NCBI GenBank assembly: GCA_951406725.2
Contig: OX597831.1
Location: 46,686,001 to 46,750,000, forward strand
From: Octopus vulgaris
Taxonomy: Eukaryota
Length of the DNA: 64,000 nucleotides
Direction of reading: 5' to 3'
Part shown: positions 39,797 through 52,535 of the stretch, piece by piece
Numbering within the stretch: the stretch's first letter is position 1
Layout: each line of letters starts with the position of its first letter
Notes under the pieces: model-generated
The model's database searches: none
What the model was told of the DNA's origin: nothing
The model's input: the letters and a program-made list of their open reading frames with translations, nothing else
Made by a program: the position numbers and the translations under genes

Positions 39797-40020
39797 TATT
39801 CCCTCGTAACACAATTTAGGTAAAAATGCACCGGAGTATTTAGTCATCTGTCAGGTCGCAATAAGGACCTGACAGATATTTTCTTTAAGATGTGCCCAAT
39901 AAGGCTGCTTTTTGCAAGACATCAATCGTGCATGCGATTACCAGTTGCCTTAAGAAGTTTTGAAGTTTCAATGGGATTGAGCCCAACGCTCCGATCACCA
40001 CTGGTGTCACTTTTTGTCGA
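39797..40020 (-). mobile_element. Second, different R4/Dong-like 3' fragment
   Basis: KVTPVVIGALGSIP...LQKAALLGT; 12-bp 3'UTR stem at 39846-39877; (TAA)n tail. Confidence 0.75.
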
Positions 40021-40448
40021 TGGCATGTAATGCAATTAAGATGAAACAGACCGGTTCTAGTTGCTCGCTTCCACATACACCTACTTGACCTTCGTCGCAT
40101 TGCCACGTTAAAGAAAGAGTTTTACTGTTTGTCATTCTTAGAATTTATGTGCATCAACGAATACGTCCATTGAATCGCTGAGAAAATTATGGGCGTCATT
40201 TGTGACCCAAATAGTGTACTCACAGTGGTTAAGTTTACTAACAATCAGCTGACCTGGAGACGGTCACTTTATAAATAGTTTGTTCACAAGTGACGTCGAT
40301 TGTGTCTATGTGTAAATACATACATACATACATACATGCATACATACATACATACATACATACATACATACATACATACATACATACATACATACATACA
40401 TGCATATATATATGGCTGTGGGTATCTGTGTGTGCATATGTGTGTATA

Positions 40449-40841
40449 TCTTTATATATAAAAGAAAGGTTGTGTGTCTGTCTACTCCGATTTAGATTCC
40501 TAACTACTCCCACATTTTGCGGTACAGTTTAACCAAAACCGGGTATCTTATAGTCGTGATTCATATCAAGCCCTTCTAGGTATTAGCGCGCGTCTACGAT
40601 GAGTCTACGATTTTAAAAATAATTTACCATCATCTTTTTCCATTTTAATGCATATTTTTTTAAATATAAGGGAAGTAACTCTCTAAAAATGTCTACGATG
40701 AGTCAACGATTTAAAAAAAATTTACCATAATTGTTTTTCCATTTTTAATGCATTGTTTGCTATTTTTTGGCTATAACTCTCTAAAAATGCTTTATAGTTA
40801 TTTCCCTTACAAACCCGAGCAACGCCGGGCGATATTGCTAG
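40449..40841 (+). mobile_element. Non-autonomous Helitron
   Basis: A|TC start, hairpin CCCGAGCAACGCCGGG at 40814-40829, CTAG|T end. Confidence 0.88.
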
Positions 40842-40942
40842 TGTGTGTATAAAGGAATACAGCTAAGGTATGTGTGAGCTTATGAGTAAATGAATCTAAG
40901 TGTGGGCTTATGTATGCACATACGCATGCTCACACTCTCATG

Positions 40943-41012
<70 letters not shown>

Positions 41013-41199
41013 CACACATATATATATTTATATATTCACCTACGTACACAGATCTACTCATTCAATGCGTGAACAGACGAACGAGCCCACACAAACATAC
41101 ACACACACACACACAGACACGCACACAGATTTTCACTCGCATGCACATACATGCAACCACACAATATTCCTCTAGTACACAAATACGCACTCCCGCGTA

Positions 41200-41428
41200 A
41201 TACATACATAAATACATACATACATACATATGTACATACATACATACATACATACATACATACATACATACATACGTACATACATACATACGTACATACA
41301 TACATACGTACATACATACATACGTACATACGTACATACATACATGCATACATACATACTTACATACACACATACATACATACATACATACATACATACA
41401 TACATACATACATACATACATACATACA

Positions 41429-41460
<32 letters not shown>
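41200..41460. repeat. (TACA)n tract
   Basis: Direct inspection. Confidence 0.95.
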
Positions 41461-42150
41461 CTTCGCTTCACAAGTCAAATAATTAATGTTGGTCAAGGTC
41501 ATTATATCCTGTTTGTCTGGTCCATTCTATCGATAAATATAATAGTTTATATATCATCTTCATTCTATGTTTATTAATAACAAAGTACCTTCATTTGTTT
41601 TAATTTTATTATCACATAACTACTTGTACACCAATTTGTGATCAAGTAGTTTCTAATTATTTTTCGGGATCACTATACTGTGTAATACAAAGAAGGTTGC
41701 GAACTGGCAAAATCTTTAGAACATCAGAAAAAATGCTTTGTAATATTTTGTTTCTGCTCTTTATGTTCTGAGTTCAGTCTCAGTGAGGCTAGCATTGTCT
41801 TTCATTCTTTCAGGGCCGATAAAACAAAGTACCACTCAAGTACCTGGACGGATGGAACCGACCCATCCCCTCACCACAAACTTGTATCTAAATCAAATCT
41901 ATTATACAGGATAACCTCTCGTCCTACCCATCATTTGTGACCATGGTGCATCTTAGGCATCTTAGGCCGTGCAGTCACAAGTCCTTTACAATCACTGGAC
42001 TTCCCCCGTCAAACTCTGATCTTACTTTTCCTCTGCTCTACGATATTTAGTGTTTGTACTCTACAACTGCATAAACTGAATCGACACTGCAACACATATG
42101 TGACAGAATAAAGATATGTTACATGTCCGAGAGTACACTGTTTAGTGGAT

Positions 42151-42181
<31 letters not shown>

Positions 42182-42193
42182 TCCCTATATGTG

Positions 42194-42245
<52 letters not shown>

Positions 42246-42246
42246 T

Positions 42247-42345
42247 ACTGGTCTCTCACTCTCTCTCTCAAACTAGCAAAATGCCTTAGCTATAGACTCT
42301 ATAGCTAAGACATTTTGCTAGTTTTAGAGAGTGTGAGAGACTGGT
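42247..42345. repeat. Near-perfect palindrome with about 50-bp arms
   Basis: AAACTAGCAAAATGCCTTAGCTATAGA-C-TCTATAGCTAAGACATTTTGCTAGTTT. Confidence 0.9.
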
Positions 42346-42369
42346 GTGTATATATATATAAATATATAA

Positions 42370-43690
42370 AATATTATTAGAGACAAAACCACTATTTTGC
42401 AAAACAAACAAGGAAAGACTTAATCAATACATAAAATTTTAATAAATAGTCAAAAAAAACCGCCACTACAATCGTTTCTTGTCTTGATCGACAATCTTCA
42501 GGTGGACTTCAATCTAAAATATCAATATTTTAAAATATACAAATAATAATTTTAAAATAATTAAAGTATGAATGAAAAAATATAAATATATAATCCATAT
42601 ATAACCTATATATAATCCATATATAATCAATATATAAACAATATATAAACTAAAATAAACCTATCAACAATTAAATATAAAATATAAAATATAAAATAAA
42701 ACAAAAAAATAATAATAAGATAATAATAAACTATATATACACCCATACACATATACCTAATTATATATAACCATATCTAACTACATACACTAAACCACAC
42801 ACCTATATATATATCCCTATACATACACATAAAAAACGTCTAGGCAACTATAAATAAATAAAATAGCTAAATACTTCAACACAATACTTATTCATACTCC
42901 CACACACACACACATACAACCCACATTCACGCTCTAGAAAACGGACATCACTCAAAATTATGAACGGAGAAATGGAATAAATGGAATTAAAAATTATATT
43001 CACTTGGTAAAACGAACACTACTTAAAAATTATGAATGAAACAATGCAATAAAACAACAGACATCGCAAATATACACAAATTACTACGAATTCCTTAACA
43101 AACCTACCATGATAAACCAAAACTCACAAAAACATATAATGATAAAATCTCCCTTTACTAAACTCTATAACATACCTATATAGCAATCCCCCTAACCTAA
43201 ACATTCACACACAAATACACACACGTAAACCACACACCCACGACATATACAAATACCCACACCACTTACACATACCAATACATACATATAAACCTCAACA
43301 TATACTCCAAAAACCCACTCAACCCCACACAGACAAATAAACACAAAAATTATGAATGGATTCTTTTATAAAACTACCATGATAAGCTAAAACTCACAAA
43401 ACAGAAATGATAAAACCTCCCTTTACTAAACACTATAACATACTTATATAGCAATCCCTTTAACCTATACATTCACACACAAAAACACACACGTAAAACC
43501 CACACCCATAACAAATACAAACACCCACCCCACTCACACACACCCACAAGTACATATAAGCCTCAACATATACACCAAACAAAATTACTTTACCAAGGAA
43601 CTTAACATATGTATAAAAAGTATAACCGCTCTGGAAACGAACATCTCTAAATTAATGAATGGAGAAATGGAATAAATGGAATTAAAAATA

Positions 43691-43700
<10 letters not shown>
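42370..43700 (-). mobile_element. Penelope-like element 3' region (strand-biased, internal duplications)
   Basis: Hammerhead at 42463-42505; 42376-42446 recurs inverted at 57058-57128; duplications 43070-43330 vs 43350-43580 and 42930-42998 vs 43627-43694. Confidence 0.65.
42463..42505 (-). ncRNA. Minimal type I hammerhead ribozyme
   Basis: Minus: CCAC-CTGAAGA-TTGTC-GATCAA-GACAA-GAAA-CGATTG-TA^-GTGG. Confidence 0.8.
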
Positions 43701-43750
<50 letters not shown>

Positions 43751-44264
43751 TGGTCTCTCACTCTCTCTCAAACTAACAAAAATGCCTTAGCTATAAACTC
43801 TACGTGGTGCCGGTTATAACATATGAACAACCGATTTCCCGCTTGTGTCCGCCACGGCTAACCACTCACTATGGGAAATTAGAATAATGTCCTCTCTTTG
43901 CGAAGCGATTCTTATTTTCCCTACCAAACTACAAACACAAAGAGATAGAATAGCAATTAACTTGTTTACAAATAAATCGACTAATTAATTCTAAACATTT
44001 AAACGTCTTAAATTAATTCCTTTTAATTAACTATGTGATTATTTTAATTAAAAACAGCCGAGGATAGATTTATCGTCCTTGCCATTTTTTTTCGCTCTTT
44101 GTAGTGAACAGTAACAATTAAACAAGATTTTAAATTACGTCTGATTCGACTATACTTATTGTTGAAAACCTGTTTGCTGACAGTCGTGATAGTGGTGGCG
44201 GCACAAGCTCAATTGTTGTTAGCGCTCTACTGTTATTGACATTTCCACCTCTCCCTTATATCTT

Positions 44265-44670
44265 TCTATTTTACTTCTTTCAGTCATTGGACTGTGACGG
44301 TGCTGCGGCACCGCCTTGGAGAACTTGGATTGAATGAATCGGCCCTAGTACTTATTTTGTTTTAAACCTGATACTGATTCTATCAGTCTCTTTCGCCGTT
44401 AAGTTACGGGGGCGTAAACACACCAACACCAGTTGTCAAGCGGTCGTGGGGGACAAACACACACACACACATGTACATATAGACGCATATGTGCGCGCGC
44501 GCACACACACACATATTTATTGGGCTTCTATCAATTTCCGTCAACCAGATCCACTCAAGGTTTTAGTCGCTCTGAAGCTATAGTAGAAAATACTTGCCCA
44601 AGGTGTCATGCAGCGGGACTGAACCCAAAACCACGTGTTGGGAAGAAACTACTTATCACAGAGTTACACA
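44265..44670 (-). mobile_element. SINE family B, diverged
   Basis: Reverse complement of the consensus. Confidence 0.8.
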
Positions 44671-44923
44671 TAAATAATAACACGAATGAAGGTAGATATG
44701 GCAAAATTAGTAGTTGGTTAGGCCCGCGAGCAAAGGTGTACCAACCGTTACCATCACGTTTTTTAAAAAGTGTTTTTTTTTTAATTATTACACTAATAAA
44801 TGCAAACTTTCTTTTTTTTAAGACGCAAAGATGCATTTTACGGGAGAGTTAGCTGCTAATTATAGCACGTTGAGCGATCATGTTGAGGTTATATGTTTGT
44901 CTATCCATGTACATGTCAATCTA

Positions 44924-45489
44924 TTGGGTTGTCCGGAGAGTTCCTGCCGATTTTTATAGGAAAGAAAAAGGTCAATAAATACTTGCCATTACATTTTTAA
45001 TCAACCAAATATGAACCATTTTGTTGCACAATGCGTCTCCATCTTTCCTTTAACTTGAAAATACCCTCTTCCCAGAATTGAGGTGGTTTCATGGCAAAGA
45101 ATTCATCAAGGTATCTTTTTACGTCGTCCAAGGAATTGAAATTTTTACCATTAAGACTATTCTGCAGAGACCTGAATAAGTGGAAATCCGAAGGAGCAAT
45201 ATCTGGGGAATATGGAGGGTGGGGTACCACATCCCAGCTGAGCTGCAGCAATTTCTGTCTGGTTTCCAAAGCATCAAGGGCCGAAAAGGAACTTTCTTAT
45301 CTTCCATTTTAAAGGGCTACAGAATTAACGCAGGTTATAGGAACATAAACCTTATTTCACGAAAAGAAAGCTTAAGCTGTGCTCTAAATGGAGGTGTAGC
45401 CAAATCCTATTTTACGGACTCAACCATGCTCTAAAATAAGTGGAAAGGTAAGTTACTATAAATCGGCACGAACTTTCCGGGCAACCCAA
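44924..45489 (-). mobile_element. Non-autonomous mariner, same family as 4517-5052
   Basis: TA-flanked TIRs; ORF 44997-45269 contains HPPYSPDIAPSDFHLF (mariner YSPDLAP motif) to the stop codon. Confidence 0.93.
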
Positions 45490-45646
45490 TATTTTGTCAA
45501 CTTTCGTCAGTTTATCCATCTATTTAAAGATGGTAAGTGATGTAAATTCAATAGATCACCTAACTGGATGTGGTAGAGACTTCATTCTCTAAGTGAATGC
45601 AAGTATCATTCGTCCTACAATGAGATAGTGGAAATCTGCAATGTGA

Positions 45647-46409
45647 TATAACTTAAAACAAGGCTTTATCATTATCGTTTAAAATCATTATCTTCTGTAC
45701 ACAAGATGTAGCCCCAAATTTCTGGTTGAGGAATGCTATAGAGAACAAGGGGGTAGGGTAAGAAGTAGAGCCAAAAACTGATACCTTAGATGTTTGAGAA
45801 TCACTGTTTCCCGTTATCAAGTTCGATGTTTCGCTGATTTGAATTCAAATATCGCCGAAGTTAGCAATTCATTTCATTCCTCATAGACCAAGTAGCAACA
45901 GAAATATGCAACTGAAATGTCCTTTAGAAATACATGAAAACTCATAACATCAGTTCTTCTGATATAAACTAATTGTGGTGCATTTAAGTTAAAACCTGTC
46001 ATTGCATAAATATGTTCAAAGTAGCTGAGTACATATGTTGTTGTTCCTTTGTACATGTGCAAATATATCATAGACTTCAAAGTTACGTAAAATGTCATAT
46101 TGCAAAATTTTTGTTAAGATTTTTTAAAACCATCTATCAACACGACCGACCTGACACTTTTGTTATTTCATTTTAATTTCTATTTACATATCCAATCATT
46201 TGTCAGGCTGACTATTACTTTAAGCATTAAACAGATCGCTCTCTCACCACGCTCTCTGAATATATATCTGAATATATATATATATCTGTATAACTTAAAA
46301 CAAGGCTTTATCATTATCGTTTAAAATCATTATCTTTTGTACACAAGATGTAGCCCCAAATTTCTGGTTGAGGAATGTTATAGAGTACAAGGAGGTAGGG
46401 TAAGAAGTA
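45647..46409. repeat. 121-bp direct repeat (45647-45767 and 46289-46409)
   Basis: TATAACTTAAAACAAGGC...GGGTAAGAAGTA, few mismatches. Confidence 0.9.
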
Positions 46410-46448
46410 TAGATTGGCATATTGAAGTATAGATTGGCATATTGGCAG

Positions 46449-46690
46449 ATTGGCATATTTCGATCATATTATGCGGAGAAAATCCCTGGAGAAGAACATC
46501 ATGCTCGGAATGGTCAGTGGCAAGTGAGGAAGAGGCCAACCAAGAACCCGCTGGCTTAACACCATCAAGAGTGATACTAGAATGGACATAGCCAATCTGA
46601 AAGAAGCGGCCCAGGATAGAACTGACTGGAGGACACTGATCCAACGAGTGACCGAGAGTCGACTTCGACTAAGTGAATAGAGAGAGAGAG
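46449..46690 (+). mobile_element. RTE/BovB-like LINE 3' end
   Basis: LAYFDHIMRRKSLEKNIMLGMVSGK*GRGQPRTRWLNTIK...AQDRTDWRTLI, then (AG)n tail. Confidence 0.85.
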
Positions 46691-46755
46691 ATCTGTATAC
46701 ACATAGAGAGTGAGACACAGACAGACAAGCAGGTTCACACATACACACGCACAGA

Positions 46756-46827
<72 letters not shown>

Positions 46828-47342
46828 AGGTAAAATTGCATCGACTGAGTAATGTAATAAGCGTAAGTCGTCAGGTTGACTTACCACTTAAAACTCCGAC
46901 TTGAATTGCGACTTAAGCAAATTGTGGTGTTGTAGTTGCCGAACAATAAATAGCTGGGAGTAGTTTATCATTGAGCAGATACATGTATGATAAGAGAATG
47001 AAGAAGCAAACAACTAGTATCAGTTCAGAACATGGAATTTACATATTTAGACATAATTGTTGAGTTATTACAATAGAGTTGTTAGCTAAGAGAGTATCAT
47101 AGAAACAAGGGAGTTAGAAGGTGTATAGATAGTTTCGTACAGCTGTTTTCAGAACGGTTCTTTTCTCAGTAAACGAAGATAAGCTATCCATATAGAAGCA
47201 AAGTATTCCATCTTCAAAGAGGTTAAAATTGAGGTAGATCTTTAGTAGAGGATCTCACTCTGTCTTCGACGATGGAACTGTTAACTGCTAAAATTCTCGA
47301 CAAAGGATTCGACTCAATTTTTTCTCTCTGAAGATGGAATAG

Positions 47343-47446
<104 letters not shown>

Positions 47447-47530
47447 GTACATATATATGTATATGTATATATATTACACACACACATATATATATATATA
47501 TATACATACATACAAACATACATACATGTA

Positions 47531-47580
47531 GACGCCTCTGATGAGAACCCAATAAGGTTCGAAAATCGATTAAGGTTGTT
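47531..47580 (+). ncRNA. Minimal type I hammerhead ribozyme
   Basis: GACGCCT-CTGATGA-GAACC-CAATAA-GGTTC-GAAA-ATCGAT-TA^-AGGTTGTT. Confidence 0.82.
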
Positions 47581-48119
47581 CCAATTTTTTTTTCAGTCTT
47601 CGGAGAAATGTCTAAAGTTTGCCCTGTTTGTAATTATACCATATGTTACATATATATATATATCGATTATTTCTCAACGTACAATTCAGTCATAGATTTT
47701 GAAGTTTCTTTAAATGAGCTACGGAGATTATAATTCAGAATACACTTGTATTTTCAGAATAAAATATTGAATATTACGTATGACATTTAATTGAGCAAAT
47801 CCATACGTTCAAGTATCGTACTCATTTATTTTAAATTGAAAAAACAAGCAGTAGGACAACGAGCACTTTTCTTGGACTGAATGCTGCTAATACAAAGTGC
47901 TGCCTGGAAATTTGCTCTGCACTAATTTTACACCATGACAATGAAATATTTCTGAGCTAGATTATTAGTCATAGGTCGTATCTGATAAATGAGGGAGACA
48001 GACAACATTATTTACTTACGGTGAGCCGCCGTATAGCGCTACCAGTTATCGTACGGTGACTGGAAAAGCATAAGAGAGGTAATCTCTTAATTCAGCTCTT
48101 AGTGTCGTCTGCCTAGTGT

Positions 48120-48167
48120 CTGCGACCGATGAGGAGATAACTACTCCGAAATGCTAGCATCTCACAG
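48120..48167 (+). ncRNA. Hammerhead ribozyme with a core substitution (CCGATGA)
   Basis: CTGCGA-CCGATGA-GGAG-ATAACTA-CTCC-GAAA-TGCTAGCA-TC^-TCACAG. Confidence 0.65.
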
Positions 48168-49269
48168 TCTAGTTAGATGGCGCTGCAAGCTGATCTAGGT
48201 GTATACACACCATTTGTCAACAAGCGAGGTATATTCTCCGTGACAAAACGCAGTGAGTAGCTTGTTCCCCACGTGCTGGAACAGCAACACACCTTATATA
48301 GTGGTGGTGTAGTCATTATCGTTGTCATCATTGATGCTGCTACTGTTGTTCAGTCAAAGGTTAGCCACAATCATGTATACTACAGTCAAGTACATTCCAT
48401 GTTTTTTTCTTTTTATGTTATCGCCAAAGATGCATTATCTCGTGTGTTCTTTGTGTTCTTCCCTTTTCTTTCTTTTGGCCTAATGTGGTTGGATTTGAGC
48501 AATATTTGTATGCTGTTTCAAACACAGGCAATGAGCCCAAAAAGCCCGTAAAAACTCAGAAAAAATATCGTTAAGAATTTTGTCCAACGTTCTATTGATT
48601 CTTCCAGATTATCGCCTTTTGACTGTTTCAGAATGAAAGAAATTTGTATTCAACAGTTAGAGTGTTAGCAGTATATTCACCTTTCTACAAAGATTTCTTT
48701 TTTACTGATAAAAATGAGATGAGAAGCAACATAAGTGTGAGCTCAAACGTTAAAAGAGTTATGGGTGATTGTTCAATTCCAAGAAGATTGGATGACTTAC
48801 CCTAAACACTTCCTAGATGTTTTCTTTGAAATTTTATCAAGATAATCGTAATTGTACACCCACTAAAACGTATCTCCAGAAAATTTCTTTAACAAATGAG
48901 CATTTAGTCAAAGTTCAGCGGCAGAGTGGGTCTTAAAAAGACACACAGAAAAACAATTCAAATTTCTTTTCTCAAATCATCTTAATCTAAAATGCAACTC
49001 ACGAAAAGAAAATTATGTGGAAAGAAAGTCGGTGAGAGAAAAACCACAAATGCAAAGAGCCATAATATGAAAAGTATGTCAGATAATGAGAATCCTCGGA
49101 TGTTTAAAATAAAAATCAAAAAAACCTTTTCGAGGAAAAAACAAAATGTTAAAATGAAAATTACTATCATTTTTACAAGACAGACATTAGTTGACGGGAG
49201 ATACATATCAGAGTGAATATGTCATCGTTAGTTTTATTGAAGCAGGTTTTCAGACATGTTGATGCCTTC

Positions 49270-49381
49270 GGGCATATGGCGTAGTGGAAACAAAGTCGGT
49301 GAGAGAAAAGAGCGCGAGCTACTAACCCTCAAGGTTCCGAGTTCGATTCCAAGCAGTGACCTGAATAATAATAATAATAAT
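49270..49381 (+). mobile_element. Short tRNA-like SINE with (AAT)n tail, disrupted by a local insertion
   Basis: A box TGGCGTAGTGG, B box GAGTTCGATTCC. Confidence 0.7.
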
Positions 49382-50210
49382 TTACGAAAATATTATCAAA
49401 TTGGAATCCCTAAGATTTTATGAAATTCATTTTGAACCAAAATAGGGCGGTCATGGAGTTTCTCACGACATAGAAATACAATACCGTGTTTTATGCTTTC
49501 TTGGTCCATCGTTATAACATATATCCTCTGTGTGAAAAGTCTGACTGCATACACGTTAGCATATGTCAGGTGCATACAATTGACAACGCAGTTAATTAAG
49601 ATTTATTCAGTGAGTTCTATTCAACACATCTTTACACGTGGAATTAGCAGAATCATTATTAACTTTAGATGGCTCGCAGGCGAGGTGAACAAATTAGTGA
49701 GAGAGATAGACTGGCAATACTTGCAGTCTTGGGAAGTGCTATATGAGTGGAAAATTCGTGGATGTATTCAACATCAAACTCGTGTTCGGCGTCAAATAGT
49801 TGACTGTCGTGGTGCTAACAGATTCGTGTGATAAATTTTGTGTTTATTTTTGTTTCATAATATATATTTCTTCGGATGCAGTCAGACTTTTCACACAGAG
49901 GGTAGATGTTAGCACGCCGGACAAAATACTTTGTGGCATTGCATCTGTCTTTACTTTACGTACCAATCGAGTACTAGAGTCGACGAAATCGACTAGCATC
50001 CACTCACAAAACTTGAGGTCTTGTACCTATAGTAGAAAGGAATATTACGACAATTAGAAAATCTTTAAAACACGAAAACGTGTTTCTGGGAAGGAAATGT
50101 ATTTGCTGTTACTCTTTAAACAAAGGAAAGGCCTAATGAAGAAGGTCTACAATTAAGAGTGTTACAGATATTGGAATGAATCCCCAGTTACGCAATTTGT
50201 ATCGAGTAGG

Positions 50211-50505
50211 TGAAGGCGCATGGCTAGATCATGATGTTCTGAGTTCGATTTCCAGACCTGGCTGTGAATTGTATATTTGAGCAAGACACTTTATTTCATG
50301 TTACTCCAGCACACTCAGCTGTAGAAATGAGTTGCAACACCACTGGTGCCAAGCTGTATTGGCCTTTGCCTTTCCTTTGGATAACATCGGTGGCGTGGAG
50401 AGATGAGGCTGGTATGCATGGGTTGCTGCTGGTCTTCCAAAAACAACCTTGCTCAGAAGGGAATTTTCTTGGTGCAATTCCATGGTCATTCATGACAAAA
50501 GGGAG

Positions 50506-50510
<5 letters not shown>
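50211..50510 (+). mobile_element. SINE family D
   Basis: GAGTTCGATTTCC, TGAGCAAGACACTTTATTTCA, CACTCAGCTGTAGAAATGAGTTGC. Confidence 0.85.
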
Positions 50511-50537
<27 letters not shown>

Positions 50538-50656
50538 GCCCATAAATATATAAGTGTATATGTATTCTGAGTTTCCCAGCAACTGAGTTTTGTTTCGTGG
50601 GTTAATTTCTTTTCTTTTCAGGGTTATTTCGCATACTTTCTTCCAAAAAGGAAAGA

Positions 50657-50764
50657 TTTGGCTGCTATTTAGGGCACGCCTTGCTACCACGTAACAAGTA
50701 TTTCGGGTCTTTTATCGCAAATCGTTGTTACGTGGTAGCAGGCGTGCTAGAAATAGCAGCCAAA
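50657..50764. repeat. Hairpin/MITE-like palindrome, 40-bp arms and 27-nt loop
   Basis: Arms 50657-50697 and 50725-50764 (3 mismatches, 1 bulge); single arm-like pieces at about 4330, 32730, 44845 and 53149. Confidence 0.8.
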
Positions 50765-51400
50765 CCTTTGGAGGTGAGATATGTTGAATGCACTCGAAAA
50801 AATTTATGGAAAAACATTTCCTACCGAGGTTACGAACTGGTCTTTTACGAAATATTTACCGTATATTTAAAGTCATTTTCACTTTAAAATACGTTTTAAA
50901 TGTGCCAAAACTTCTTTGTAATGGTACTCACTTGAAAATAATTCTAAAAAACGTCAGGAAAGTCAAGTTTTTTCGTCGAGAAAAAACAAACAAAAATTCT
51001 GTTTAATCGTTTTCATTAATAAATAGAAGTCCAGATACCACAAAACTTCGTACCGAACTGCATAAAGTAAGCATGAAAATAAATATGTAAAAAAATTAAT
51101 ATAAAGTATGCTGTTCCTGAGATTTAGTATTATTATAATGTAGTATTATATAAAGTATGCTGTTTCTAGAGATTTAGTATTATCAAGATATTTGCAGTTA
51201 AGGATTGTGTAAAGAGCTTGTTGAAGGCATGTGAGATATAGAAGGCTCACTGGGAAAGCAATGCCTGTCTTCACCACCAATGGAGGAAACAAATAAGGAA
51301 AACGTGGCTATTTTAGAAGAAACGCGCATTTTTCATGCTGATCTTAAGTGAATTGCTCGAAAATGCACTACTGCCAGCATATGATACATACATACATACA

Positions 51401-51436
<36 letters not shown>

Positions 51437-51441
51437 TAACA

Positions 51442-51488
51442 AAAACTGTCTGATGAACGGCAACGAGAAACTCAGAGTAACAGATTTT
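51442..51488 (+). ncRNA. Minimal type I hammerhead ribozyme, weakened stem II
   Basis: AAAACTGT-CTGATGA-A-CG-GCAA-CG-A-GAAA-CTCAGAG-TA^-ACAGATTTT. Confidence 0.7.
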
Positions 51489-51586
51489 GTTGAATTTTCT
51501 GCTGCTTTAAATAAAGAATATTACTCTACCACTGGTATTTGAGTACTCTTTTTTTCCACCTTGTTTCACATTTATGTTTTTACTCC

Positions 51587-51623
<37 letters not shown>

Positions 51624-51628
<5 letters not shown>

Positions 51629-51900
51629 AGTTCTCTTCAATTTTTAAAAATAGGTTTTGTTCCAAGTACCCCAATACTGAGTTCGCGAATTCTGGAGCAA
51701 ATCACGTCCCCATAGATGTGCCTCGAATTTGGAGGTAGTTTTTTTTTCGTTGAAAATGAGAGTATTGTTCTCGAGGATAAGGCAGACCGCGTCTAGTGTA
51801 AAGGTTACAGTAAATCTACTGGGGATCGCTTCTCTATGTTTCTCGATCCAGTATTTTATGGCAGCAAGTACCAAATCATGTGGAGCGTTATAAGAGATAC
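51624..51900 (-). mobile_element. Penelope-like reverse transcriptase fragment, frameshifted
   Basis: PHDLVLAAIKYWIEKH...LILENNTLIFNE, then YLQIRGTSMGT*FAPEFANSVLGYLEQ, matching the PLE RT pattern G..MG...AP..AN..M..LE. Confidence 0.85.
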
Positions 51901-51938
51901 TAAAGTTGTCAAGAACTCAACTGTCAGTTAAATACATT

Positions 51939-51980
51939 TAAAATCTGACGAGTACACGATGTATGAAAGCGCTAATTTTG
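51939..51980 (+). ncRNA. Minimal type I hammerhead ribozyme
   Basis: TAAAAT-CTGACGA-GTACA-CGA-TGTAT-GAAA-GCGC-TA^-ATTTTG. Confidence 0.78.
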
Positions 51981-52486
51981 TTAGAATATCATAATTAAAA
52001 AAAGGGAAAACCAGACTATGTTTTAACTTTGACGAAAGAAAAATCCGAATGACCCATCCTTGTTTTTTCTTGTCCCTTTTTTTTTGTATCATCTAACTGT
52101 TTGGATGTTTTGCGTTCATGTCCCATTTTTTTGTATTCTTTTTTATATACATATAGCGGCATACGTACACTTTGGTCTCTTATATGTAAGTACATATGCC
52201 TCGAGTGTAACCAGCCGAAATTGCAAAGATAATCTGGAACGCGACTGAGGAAAGAAAATTCCGAATGACTCGCCCTTGTTTTCTTTGTATCGTCTATCTG
52301 GATGTTTTGCGTTCTTTCCCATTTTGTACATATATATATATATGTGTATATATCAGAATTGAACAGCCGAAATTTGCTATGATGATTCGGTGTCTGACTG
52401 AAGATTGACGGCTTCGAATGATTTGTCTGTGTTCCGTGTTCGTCCCTTCCTGTATTTCACGTTCATTATATATAAAAACATTTATT

Positions 52487-52535
<49 letters not shown>

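Noticed and set aside
44997-45269. Functional transposase or SETMAR-like gene
   Set aside because: Only the C-terminal fragment inside a deleted element; most of the catalytic domain is missing
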